DNA from: Fidelibacterota bacterium | Lineage (GTDB): Bacteria > Fidelibacterota > UBA8477 > JABMPR01 | Direction of reading: 5' to 3' | Assembly: GCA_018673925.1 (NCBI GenBank) | Contig: JABHBL010000004.1 | Span: 38,524 to 102,523, forward strand | DNA length: 64,000 nt | In this document: positions 51,955 to 61,432 of the stretch, piece by piece | How the letters are laid out: each line of letters opens with the position of its first letter | Position numbering within the stretch: the first letter of the stretch is position 1 | Notes under the pieces: generated by a model | The model's input: the letters and a program-made list of their open reading frames with translations, nothing else | The model's database searches: none | Told to the model about the DNA's origin: nothing | Made by a program: the position numbers and the translations under genes

Positions 51955-52620
51955 TTGATTAACCGTCCTGATCTTGGTGACATAAAGGCCATACTCTTTG
52001 ATTTTGATGGTGTCGTTGTACAAAGTGAAGATGTGTATGATCGTGCCACCAAAAAACTTGGTGAATTGTATAAGGTACAGATTCCAGCCCCCTTTTATGA
52101 GGCCAATCGTGGTATTGCCGAGTCGCTTTTTTATGAAAGATTTAAAGCAGAATTCGATTTAGAGGTTGACATCACCTCTTTACAAAAAAATGGTAAAAGG
52201 TTGCTCTGGGCTGAGTTTTCATCTTCGGTTCATTACACGCCGGGATTTCAGCAATTTTTCGCTAAAATCCGCAAATACGTGGCCCATGTAGCCTTAGTAA
52301 CCGCCACCCCCAGACCACTCATTGATGAGATTTTTAAAAATTCAAACATATCGGTGAATTTTGATTTCATCGTGACATCAAGTGATGTTGAAAAGACTAA
52401 ACCGGCTCCTGATTCCTATCTGAATGCATGTAGCCAAAGTGGAGTGGACCCTGCTCAGGCTCTAGTTATTGAGGATTCTCCCACTGGTTTGCGAGCCGCA
52501 ACTGCTGCAGGTTGTCAAACCATTGCAATTACTACAAGTTGTAACAGGGATTCCTTAAAAGAGGCGAATTTTGTTGTTGACAGCTTCGGTGAACTCGAAG
52601 AACTTTTAACCATTGTGTGA
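51955..52620 (+). CDS. HAD family hydrolase (beta-PGM-like)
   Basis: 'FDFDGV', 'KPAPD', 'IEDSPTG'. Confidence 0.9.
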   Translation: MINRPDLGDIKAILFDFDGVVVQSEDVYDRATKKLGELYKVQIPAPFYEANRGIAESLFYERFKAEFDLEVDITSLQKNGKRLLWAEFSSSVHYTPGFQQFFAKIRKYVAHVALVTATPRPLIDEIFKNSNISVNFDFIVTSSDVEKTKPAPDSYLNACSQSGVDPAQALVIEDSPTGLRAATAAGCQTIAITTSCNRDSLKEANFVVDSFGELEELLTIV

Positions 52621-52629
52621 GGGACAAGA

Positions 52630-52992
52630 ATGAGTTGGTATAAACAGTTTGATCTAGTCTGGTTCCCTGTCGTTGATTTCGAGCGAGCCAAGGCCTTTTA
52701 TCAAGATGATCTGGAGTTTGAGCTGGTTCTTGAGGATCAGGAATCCAGTTGGGCTGAATTTCAAATTAGCCCGGGAGCCAAGATTGCCATCCACGGCGTC
52801 AAGGCCACAAACGCAAATCCCATCGGAGCTCTCGTTATTGATGTTGAAAATCTTGAAAAATCCGAACTTTTTCTGAGGGGAAAAGGTATCAAATTATTTG
52901 ATAAGGAAGAAATCCCTGGTCTTACACGCCTCGCCTCGTTTACAGATCCAGATGGTAATGTCATCCAACTAAGCCAGTCACTGGTGGAGTAA
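52630..52992 (+). CDS. VOC/glyoxalase family protein
   Basis: 'VVDFERAKAFY', 'FTDPDGNVIQL'. Confidence 0.88.
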   Translation: MSWYKQFDLVWFPVVDFERAKAFYQDDLEFELVLEDQESSWAEFQISPGAKIAIHGVKATNANPIGALVIDVENLEKSELFLRGKGIKLFDKEEIPGLTRLASFTDPDGNVIQLSQSLVE

Positions 52993-53002
52993 GCTAGCCT
53001 TC

Positions 53003-53872
53003 ATGAGCGCTATCATTCTTGATTCAGCTATGGGATCCCGCCTCGAAGAGATGGGTCACAAGCTCACCGCACCCCTCTGGTCGGCCACAGTTCTACAATC
53101 TAATCCTGAAGATATTACCCAGATTCATAAAGAGAATATTGAAGCTGGAGCTCAGGTTATTACCACCAACACTTTTCGAACCACCCCATATGCCTTACAT
53201 CAGGCTGGACTATCGGGAGTTGATGCACACACCCGTGCTCGAGCCTTAACTCTGTTGGCAATTCGCCTGGCCTGGAAAACAGTTCAAGAATCAGGCAAAG
53301 ATATCAAAATTGCTGCCGCTATTGCTCCTTTGGCAGACTGCTGGGCTCCCCAGGAATTTCCTGGAAACATTATTTCCCGACCCTGGCATGATGCCCAACT
53401 GGACAATCTGGCTCATCATTCAACTGATATTTTGTTGCTGGAGACTATGAATTCTGCCCGGGAAGCCAAAGGGTTAACTGAGCTGGCTTTACGATATGAA
53501 AAACCGGTCTGGGTCTCCTTTGCTCTCAACGGAGAAGGCAACATCTACAATGGTGATGATATCGTCACAACGGCCAAATTTCTTGAGAAGAAGGGTGTCT
53601 CCGCCATTGGAGTAAACTGTTCTAATCTAGAAGTTTCAAAAATGGCACTTAGCGAGCTGCGAGGAGCCGTTTCTGTGCCCTTATTGGCCTATCCCAATGT
53701 GGAGCTGGAGCAACCAGAGACTAAAAGAAAGAAAAAGATTAAAAAGGTTACCCCTGCAGCTTTTGTCACCTGGTCTGAAGAAGTAAAAGAGCTGGGTGTC
53801 GAATTTATAGGAGCTTGTTGTGGTTCGGATCATACTCATATCAAAGCATTGGCTGAACAAAACGATTCCTGA
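53003..53872 (+). CDS. Homocysteine S-methyltransferase family protein
   Basis: 'LDSAMG', 'AGAQVITTNTF', 'GVNC', 'YPN', 'GACCG'. Confidence 0.9.
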   Translation: MSAIILDSAMGSRLEEMGHKLTAPLWSATVLQSNPEDITQIHKENIEAGAQVITTNTFRTTPYALHQAGLSGVDAHTRARALTLLAIRLAWKTVQESGKDIKIAAAIAPLADCWAPQEFPGNIISRPWHDAQLDNLAHHSTDILLLETMNSAREAKGLTELALRYEKPVWVSFALNGEGNIYNGDDIVTTAKFLEKKGVSAIGVNCSNLEVSKMALSELRGAVSVPLLAYPNVELEQPETKRKKKIKKVTPAAFVTWSEEVKELGVEFIGACCGSDHTHIKALAEQNDS

Positions 53873-53881
53873 TCCCAGCAG

Positions 53882-54958
53882 TTGTTAAACCAGCAAAACT
53901 TTTCCAAAAAACTCATAAAATGGTTCCAGGCTGAACGATCGCATTTGCCCGTTCCTGGTAGGGGTGATTCAAATCCATATGCTATTTGGGTGGCTGAGGT
54001 CATGCTACAGCAAACCCAGATCACAACGGTTTGGCCTTATTACAAAAACTGGATGCGCAACTATCCCACAATTTCACACTTAGCTGCTGCAGAGCAGGAT
54101 CAGGTTTTAAAAAGCTGGGAAGGTCTGGGCTATTATTCCCGGGCTAGAAACCTCCATCGCGGAGCAAAATTTATCATGGAAGAGTTTGATGGTGTTCTGC
54201 CTGTCTCCGTTAACCAGTTGCTCAAAGTTCCAGGTATCGGTCCCTATACTTCTGCGGCTATCGCCAGCCTGGCATTTGAGGAGGCTGTTCCCCTGATAGA
54301 TGGCAATGTTTTGAGAGTTTTTGCCCGCTTAACCCGGCTCAAATCTGATATTTCGCTTACAAAAACCAGATCAGACATTCACGCAAAGCTTACAAAGCTC
54401 ATTCCTCATAAATATCCAGGCGCTTTTAATCAGGGCATGATGGATCTGGGACGAGCCGTCTGTAGCCCACGCAATCCTGACTGCTCCCATTGCCCCATAA
54501 ATCATATCTGTGAGGCCAGACTGGTTGGTGACGTGGAAGCCTACCCGGTGAAACCACAACGCCAGCCTATCCCGCATTATCATATCGCCATTGGTTTGAT
54601 CCGTCGTAATCAAAAACTCCTTATTCAAAGACGCCCTGAAACTGGTTTGCTGGGAGGACTCTGGGAGTTCCCTGGCGGTAAAATTGAAAAAGGGGAGCGA
54701 GGCGAAGCCGCTCTATTAAGAGAAATCAAAGAGGAGACCGGGCTTGATGTAGATCTGGCCGAGGAGATTGGAACCATCAATCACGCCTACACTCACTTTA
54801 AGATCACACTTACCGCCTGGTTTTGTGATTGGACTCGTGGTGAAGCCCAAAGATTTGCAGCCACGGAAAATCGCTGGGTGTTTATGGATGAGCTCAAGGA
54901 TTACGCTTTCCCAAAGGCAAATTTAAAAATTCTCGAACTTCTCCCTCCACGCCAATAG
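53882..54958 (+). CDS. mutY: A/G-specific adenine glycosylase with C-terminal Nudix domain
   Basis: 'EVMLQQT', 'WEGLGYYSRARNL', HhH 'PGIGPYT', 'DGNV', 4Fe-4S 'C..RNPDC..CP....C'. Confidence 0.95.
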   Translation: MLNQQNFSKKLIKWFQAERSHLPVPGRGDSNPYAIWVAEVMLQQTQITTVWPYYKNWMRNYPTISHLAAAEQDQVLKSWEGLGYYSRARNLHRGAKFIMEEFDGVLPVSVNQLLKVPGIGPYTSAAIASLAFEEAVPLIDGNVLRVFARLTRLKSDISLTKTRSDIHAKLTKLIPHKYPGAFNQGMMDLGRAVCSPRNPDCSHCPINHICEARLVGDVEAYPVKPQRQPIPHYHIAIGLIRRNQKLLIQRRPETGLLGGLWEFPGGKIEKGERGEAALLREIKEETGLDVDLAEEIGTINHAYTHFKITLTAWFCDWTRGEAQRFAATENRWVFMDELKDYAFPKANLKILELLPPRQ

Positions 54959-55057
54959 GAGTCAAATCTTTTTTACTTTCAAAGTGGGATCGGCTGGATG
55001 TACAGGTGTGGGGTGTTTATCTTATAGATCGTTTGAAACTTTGAAGGAGATAATTCC

Positions 55058-57520
55058 ATGATGCGTATTCTGTTTGTTCTGTTCCTGAGTATCACCAGTT
55101 TGATCGGACAAATTCAATTGATCCCGCAGTCTGTTGCTGCTAGTGATGATCCCATGTCTGTGGCGATCAACCCTGCTGGATTGGCTTTTAATAATCATAC
55201 CGAATCCATGTTGGTTGGACATTTTGACGGCTCTATTTTCACCAAAGATTTTGGCTACTATAGCCAATCAAAAACTGCAGGCTTTGGATACCAATGGGAT
55301 GTGGCGTCTGCCAGAAATATCTATCAATTCAGCCAAGGCTTTATGGTCTCAAACACCCATGCTATGGGACTTACCTATTCCTTTGATCATTCAAACTGGG
55401 ATGAAGGTCGATTGAACCTGGGGTGGATGCATCGCCCCTTCCCGATGGTGGCCCTTGGTGCCTCTATTGCCAACGCTTGGTCAGCGAATGATGAATTCAG
55501 ACATATAACAGGAGGAGTTGCCTTTCAAGGTCGTACAGGTCGTTGGGGTGGTGGTGTAGATCTGGGCATGACTATTGATGACTCAGGTGCAGAAACCGAC
55601 TATATCATGGATCAGAGCTTGACTGTATTTGTTGAACCACTCAATGGTATCAGAGTGAATGCCTGGATGGATCTTGACAACACAAGCTCAACGGGGATAT
55701 CCCTGAGCATGTTTTTACCAGATGTTGGTGTTGAAAGCCATGCAAGATCAAACAATAATGGAGCCCAGTCTGTGGTTGTGCGTTCAACTCAAAATCCATA
55801 TCGCACACTCTTTGGTGGGCAGACAATTAAGAAAAACCAGAAAACTTATTTACGTATGAATCTTAGTGGTCTGATAATCGAAGAACCTGAGATGAAACGC
55901 CCAAAAATTCCCTTTGACATCAACTTCAATATTCCCTTTCTAGGTGGTCAGACTGTTTATGGAAGACAACTGAGGAAACTGATTGACCAGATAGATGAAT
56001 ATACTGATGATCCAAATTTAGATGGTTTGATTATTGACCTGGGAAATATCCGTGGTGGGTTTAGCAAAATGTCTGAAGTTAGGAATGCATTCCAACGTTT
56101 CCATGATGCAGGTAAGGAAATTATCGTCTATAGTAAGTTTGGTTTGGGGAATGGGTCTACTTATTTACTCTCAATGGCCGATGAAATATATGTCCATGAA
56201 ATGGCAGGAGTTGATCTTCGAGGTTTAGGTATGGAAATCACCTTTTTCAGGGGTCTCCTGGACACTTTATCCATCGTTCCTGAAGTCTGGCGAGTGAGTC
56301 CCTACAAAACAGCAGGTGATGTGTATTTGAATAGCACCATGTCTGATGCCATGCATGAAAATTACTCACAGCTTCTTGATGGAGTTTATGAGGAATTTGT
56401 ACGTGGCATTTCAGAGGGTAAAATTTGGGAAGATGAAAAAACTAGAGCTGTGATTGATGCTGGACCCTACATGCTTACTGATGATGCTAAAGAAGCCGGA
56501 TTAATTACTGACACAATGTATCCAGATGAATTTGACGACTATGTTAACGATCTTAATGACGGTAAGGTCAATATCATCAAGCCCAAAAAAGAAAATCACC
56601 ACCCAGATTACCAATATGCCTGGCGCCATGATAAGGTAAACGATCGTATTGCTGTTATTTATGCTGTAGGAGGCATCGTTTCAGGCGAAACGAGACCAGG
56701 TCCTTCTGGATCAAAAAATATGGGTGATGAAACTATTGCAGCGGCTATTAAACAAGCTCGCGAGGATAAAAGTATAAAGGCGATTGTTCTCAGGATAGAT
56801 AGTGGTGGCGGCTCTGCGTTGGCCTCGGATATCATGTGGCGTGAAATAATAAAGACCACCAAGGAAGACTCTAGCAATGTGAAACCCTTGATCGCCTCAA
56901 TGTCTGATGTTGCTGCCTCAGGTGGTTACTATATTGCCTGTGAAGCAGATAGCATCATTGCATATCCATCTACCATCACGGGATCAATTGGTGTCATTGG
57001 TTCACGACTAAATTTTTCTCAACTCAAGGAACGCTTTGGTCTTCATACCGAAAGTATTCTCCATGGAAAACATGCTGATTTTGCCAGTGGTAATAGACTT
57101 GCCACTGAAGAGGAATCGACTATGATTCTGGCTTCAATTAATGATACATACCTGCGGTTTAAAGAACGAGTGGTGGCTGGTCGTGAAAAGATCCATGATG
57201 TAGATGCATTGGATAGCCTGGCCCTCGGTCGTGTCTGGACTGGTAGTGATGCAAAAGCATATGGTCTCATTGATGAATTGGGTGGCTATTATGAAGCCAT
57301 TGAGTTGGCCAAAGAGGCAGCCGGGATCGAGGGAGACGTGGATATTGTTGAATTACCCAATTACAAACAAAAGACAGATTTTAAGAAATTGCTGGGTGGT
57401 GAGACTAACATTCATCTGGGCTCTGATGTACTTGAGACGCTGCATGTGGATGATTTGATTACCATCCTTGAGGGTGATGAGATTCAGATGATTCTTCCAG
57501 TCAAAATTGAGATCAAATAA
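55058..57520 (+). CDS. sppA: Signal peptide peptidase SppA (two S49 domains) with N-terminal beta-rich extension
   Basis: 'YKTAG', 'LRIDSGGGS', 'AASGGYYIA', 'TGSIGV', 'GRVWTG', 'GLIDELGG'. Confidence 0.9.
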   Translation: MMRILFVLFLSITSLIGQIQLIPQSVAASDDPMSVAINPAGLAFNNHTESMLVGHFDGSIFTKDFGYYSQSKTAGFGYQWDVASARNIYQFSQGFMVSNTHAMGLTYSFDHSNWDEGRLNLGWMHRPFPMVALGASIANAWSANDEFRHITGGVAFQGRTGRWGGGVDLGMTIDDSGAETDYIMDQSLTVFVEPLNGIRVNAWMDLDNTSSTGISLSMFLPDVGVESHARSNNNGAQSVVVRSTQNPYRTLFGGQTIKKNQKTYLRMNLSGLIIEEPEMKRPKIPFDINFNIPFLGGQTVYGRQLRKLIDQIDEYTDDPNLDGLIIDLGNIRGGFSKMSEVRNAFQRFHDAGKEIIVYSKFGLGNGSTYLLSMADEIYVHEMAGVDLRGLGMEITFFRGLLDTLSIVPEVWRVSPYKTAGDVYLNSTMSDAMHENYSQLLDGVYEEFVRGISEGKIWEDEKTRAVIDAGPYMLTDDAKEAGLITDTMYPDEFDDYVNDLNDGKVNIIKPKKENHHPDYQYAWRHDKVNDRIAVIYAVGGIVSGETRPGPSGSKNMGDETIAAAIKQAREDKSIKAIVLRIDSGGGSALASDIMWREIIKTTKEDSSNVKPLIASMSDVAASGGYYIACEADSIIAYPSTITGSIGVIGSRLNFSQLKERFGLHTESILHGKHADFASGNRLATEEESTMILASINDTYLRFKERVVAGREKIHDVDALDSLALGRVWTGSDAKAYGLIDELGGYYEAIELAKEAAGIEGDVDIVELPNYKQKTDFKKLLGGETNIHLGSDVLETLHVDDLITILEGDEIQMILPVKIEIK

Positions 57521-57606
57521 TCTCGGTTAAACGCGAATTGAGTAAATTCGTGAAAAATTGAATCTGACCCCTGTTGAAATTCGAGCTCCACTGATTTAGG
57601 TGCTGA

Positions 57607-59580
57607 ATGCCCCAGAACTTGATCGAAAAAATCGTCCAAAAGTTCGCTCCAAATCTGAAGCAAGGAACTTGTGTACAGCAAGGCGATTTCATATTCATTT
57701 CCCCACAGCATCTTCTGACCCATGACAATACGGGTGCAGTGATAACCAAGTTTCAGACGATTGGTGCTAAACGAATACATAATCCCCGGCAACCCATGTT
57801 TGCTCTTGATCACAATGTTCAAGATACGGGGAGTAGTAATTTGCAGAAATATGCGGACATCGAAGCCTTTGCCAATGAAATGGGTGTAGATTTTTATCCT
57901 GCAGGTCGTGGTATTGGCCATCAGATCATGTGTGAAGAGGGCTATGCATGGCCAGGAACACTGGTCATGGCTTCTGATAGTCATGCCAATATGTATGGTG
58001 GGCTCGGAGTGCTGGGAACGCCTGTGGTTCGTACAGATGCAGCAGCTATCTGGGCGACTGGGCAAACCTGGTGGCAGATTCCACCAATTGCGTGTGTTGA
58101 ACTAAATGGAACTTTGAGACCAGGCGTAACAGGTAAAGATGTTATCATCACCTTAACAGGTATTTTCAATAAGGATGAAGTGCTGAACCACGCGCTAGAA
58201 TTTTCTGGCGACGGTGTGGCATCTCTCAGTATTGAGGATCGATTGACCATTGCTAATATGACCACGGAGTGGGGTGCCCTCGCAGGGGTATTTCCCATTG
58301 ATATAGTGACATTTGACTGGCTTGAATCAAGGGCTGTTGAACTGGAAAAACGAGGTCTATCAGGGGTTCCTTCTGATGTGGACTCTGTCGAGGGTGAATC
58401 TCCCCGTTTAAATTTTGGGAAGATCTCCAAGTTAAAACATTCAGCACCTTTTGCTGACCCAGACGCTTACTATGCCAAAACGTTAAGCCTCGACCTGGCT
58501 TCTGTCGAGCCATATATAGCGGGCCCCGATTCAGTGAAAAAGACCTCCCCAGCGAACGCACTTGAAATTGAGCGCCTAAAGATTCATAAAGCCTATCTGC
58601 TATCCTGTGTTAATGGTCGTGTAAGTGATCTTGCAGATGCAGCCCAGACAATCAAGGGTCAAAAAGTAGCTGATCATGTTGAGTTCTATATGGCAGCGGC
58701 CTCTAGTGAGGTGCAGATAGAGAGTGAAGCCCGAGGTGATTGGCAGACATTGATAGATGCTGGTGCAATGCCGCTACCTCCTGGTTGCGGACCATGTATT
58801 GGACTTGGTTTGGGTTTGCTTGGAGAGGATGAAGTTGGAATTTCTGCCACCAATAGAAATTTTAAGGGTCGCATGGGTGCTCAAAGCGCCAAAACCTACC
58901 TGGCCAGTCCATCGGTTGTAGCTGCCTCAGCCGTAGCAGGTATGATAGTATCCCCTTTTGATTTTCCCGGCGAAAGCCCCAGGGGAGAAATTCAGCTAAA
59001 TGTGAAGGAATTCTCCCAGGCTCAAGACATTGAAATTCTGGATGGTTTCCCTCCAAAGCTTGCAGGCAATATTCTCTTTTGCCATCAGGACAACCTGAAT
59101 ACTGACGGTATCTTCCCGGGCAAGTATACCTATATTGATACTCTCACTCCGGAGCAACTAGCTGCTGCAGCCATGGAGAATTATGACATTGCCTTTAAGG
59201 ACCTGGTCAAGCGGGGTGACTTTCTTGTTGGTGGGTTCAATTTTGGAACAGGTTCTTCTCGAGAACAAGCAGTCACTGCATTGAAGTATTGTGGTCTGGC
59301 TCTGGTTATCGCTGGTTCATTTAGTGAGACGTATAAAAGAAATGCAATCAACAATGGCTTTTTAGCGCTGGAAGCGCCTGATCTGGTTAAGGATTTGCTA
59401 GATGATTATGGACGAGAGATACTTACTGTAGCCACAGATATTGAGGCCACGATACATTTTAGTAACAGTAGTATTAATTATAATGGGAAGATGTATTCGC
59501 TCAGTCCTGTGGGGATTGATGCCCAAGCTCTATTCCTTTCAGAAGGGCTGGAGAATTGGGTAAAAGAAAGGCTGACATGA
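57607..59580 (+). CDS. lysF: Homoaconitase, single-chain (large and small subunits fused; Lys4/LysF-like)
   Basis: 'PQNLIEKIVQ', 'HDNT', 'GRGIGHQIM.EEGYAWPG', 'DSH', 'SCVN', 'CGPCIG', 'NRNFKGRMG', 'DNLNTDGI.PGKYTY', 'GSSREQA'. Confidence 0.85.
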   Translation: MPQNLIEKIVQKFAPNLKQGTCVQQGDFIFISPQHLLTHDNTGAVITKFQTIGAKRIHNPRQPMFALDHNVQDTGSSNLQKYADIEAFANEMGVDFYPAGRGIGHQIMCEEGYAWPGTLVMASDSHANMYGGLGVLGTPVVRTDAAAIWATGQTWWQIPPIACVELNGTLRPGVTGKDVIITLTGIFNKDEVLNHALEFSGDGVASLSIEDRLTIANMTTEWGALAGVFPIDIVTFDWLESRAVELEKRGLSGVPSDVDSVEGESPRLNFGKISKLKHSAPFADPDAYYAKTLSLDLASVEPYIAGPDSVKKTSPANALEIERLKIHKAYLLSCVNGRVSDLADAAQTIKGQKVADHVEFYMAAASSEVQIESEARGDWQTLIDAGAMPLPPGCGPCIGLGLGLLGEDEVGISATNRNFKGRMGAQSAKTYLASPSVVAASAVAGMIVSPFDFPGESPRGEIQLNVKEFSQAQDIEILDGFPPKLAGNILFCHQDNLNTDGIFPGKYTYIDTLTPEQLAAAAMENYDIAFKDLVKRGDFLVGGFNFGTGSSREQAVTALKYCGLALVIAGSFSETYKRNAINNGFLALEAPDLVKDLLDDYGREILTVATDIEATIHFSNSSINYNGKMYSLSPVGIDAQALFLSEGLENWVKERLT

Positions 59581-60770
59581 GTTTCAATTTATTTCTGATA
59601 AACAAAACGTTACCGAGGGGTGCTCAACCAGGATCACCTGAATATCGGGGTCATGTAGGGGTGCTTGAAGGCTGGGTCTCCATTATTGGCAACTTTATTC
59701 TATTTATTATCAAATTGATCTTTGGATGGATGGTTAGCAGTATTGCACTAATTGCAGATGCCTTCCATACACTATCAGATGTGGCTACCTCCATTGTGGT
59801 CATCTTTGGGTTTAAGGTTGCGCAAAAACCAGCGGATAAAGAACATCCCTTTGGTCATGGTCGTGCAGAAACCATTGCTACTTTGACCATTGCCATCCTC
59901 ATGGCGGTGGTGGCTCTGGAATTCTTCAAGGGAGCTATTGATCGACTATTCTTTTCTGAAGCGGATATCGATGTATCAAAAATTGATTGGCTGGTAATCG
60001 GTATTGTGTCATTGACCGCCCTTGGTAAGGCCTGGATGGCTTACTTTGCTTATCAGCTTGGCGAGCTAATAGATTCTGATGCTTTAAGGGGTGACGCAGT
60101 TCACCATAAGAGTGATGTCTATACTACTTTGCTAGTGATTGCGGCATTGGTAGGTGCTTATTTTGGTGTCCCTTTTGTGGATGGTATCATGGGTGTCGGT
60201 GTGGCTATTATGATTCTTCACGCGGCCTATGAAATCGCTCGCGAAGCCATTGATGATTTGTTGGGCAAACCGGCCACGACTGAGTTTATACAAGAAATCA
60301 CTACTCTGGCAACAACGGTTCCTGGGGCACGCCAAGTTCATGATGTCGTCGTTCATAACTATGGTGATCAGAGCTTTATCTCATTGCATATTGAAATTGA
60401 TGAGGCCACATCGCCATCAATTGCACACAACATTGCTGATAATGTTGAACATAAATTGGCACACGACCTAAATGCTCAGGTTGTTACTCATATTGATCCG
60501 GTTGCTGTTTCTGGAAAAAATGTAAACAAGGTTCGCAAGATCATAGAGAAGGCTATTTCTGTATTTAATGATCAATTCACTGTTCAGGACTTAAGAATTG
60601 TTGGTGAGGATCCAGTAGAATCCATCCTTTTTGAACTTCCAGTACCTGCAGATTGCGAAAAAAAGAGTGAGATAGAAGCTTCTATCCGCGAAGCACTCGG
60701 TTTGGCCTATGAACGCGCTGCTGTCATTATTGAATTCAAAGCGCAGATGACAGAATCCCAAAACAATTGA
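59577..60770 (+). CDS. Cation diffusion facilitator transporter
   Basis: 'ALIADAFHTLSD', 'PADKEHPFGHGRAE', 'HHKSD'. ATGA overlap with the homoaconitase stop. Confidence 0.93.
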   Translation: MSFNLFLINKTLPRGAQPGSPEYRGHVGVLEGWVSIIGNFILFIIKLIFGWMVSSIALIADAFHTLSDVATSIVVIFGFKVAQKPADKEHPFGHGRAETIATLTIAILMAVVALEFFKGAIDRLFFSEADIDVSKIDWLVIGIVSLTALGKAWMAYFAYQLGELIDSDALRGDAVHHKSDVYTTLLVIAALVGAYFGVPFVDGIMGVGVAIMILHAAYEIAREAIDDLLGKPATTEFIQEITTLATTVPGARQVHDVVVHNYGDQSFISLHIEIDEATSPSIAHNIADNVEHKLAHDLNAQVVTHIDPVAVSGKNVNKVRKIIEKAISVFNDQFTVQDLRIVGEDPVESILFELPVPADCEKKSEIEASIREALGLAYERAAVIIEFKAQMTESQNN

Positions 60771-60787
60771 ATGATGGTCACCCAAAG

Positions 60788-61432
60788 ATGAGCAACTTTC
60801 CCTACAAACACATCATGTGGGATTGGAATGGCACCCTCCTAGATGATTCAAGGATGGCAGTCATGGTTATCAATAAGACCCTGGCAAAAAGGGCTATGCC
60901 CACTATCAGTCATGCCCACTACCAAAAAATATTTGGGTTTCCAGTGATTGATTATTACCGACGCCTGGGCTTTGATTTTGTTGATGAATCTTTCGAGGTA
61001 GTTGGTACAGAATTTATAGACGGGTATGAGAAGCATAAGTTTGATGTCGGCTTACATGCAGGTGTTGAGGAGATTTTATTAAAGCTAAGCTCATTAAGAG
61101 TGAGTCACTCAATCTTATCGGCTTATAAGCAAAATACATTGGATGAATTGGTAGCTCATTTTGGACTTACCCATCGATTCTTGAAAATAGTAGGTTTAAA
61201 CAACCACTATGCTCACAGTAAGGTAGACAACGCTATTCAGCTGATGTCGGAGCTTGAATATGACCCCTCAGAGACATTGTTTGTTGGTGATACGGAGCAC
61301 GATTTTGAAGTTGCAGAGGCGATTGGCGTGAACTGTGTGCTCATCCCGGGAGGACATCAGACTAGAGAAGCTTTAGAAAGCACCGGTGCCCAGGTCATTA
61401 ATAATTTAGTAGAACTTTTAAATTTGGTATGA
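60788..61432 (+). CDS. HAD family hydrolase (phosphoglycolate phosphatase-like)
   Basis: 'WDWNGTL', 'VGDTEHD'. Alternative TTG start at 60767. Confidence 0.88.
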   Translation: MSNFPYKHIMWDWNGTLLDDSRMAVMVINKTLAKRAMPTISHAHYQKIFGFPVIDYYRRLGFDFVDESFEVVGTEFIDGYEKHKFDVGLHAGVEEILLKLSSLRVSHSILSAYKQNTLDELVAHFGLTHRFLKIVGLNNHYAHSKVDNAIQLMSELEYDPSETLFVGDTEHDFEVAEAIGVNCVLIPGGHQTREALESTGAQVINNLVELLNLV

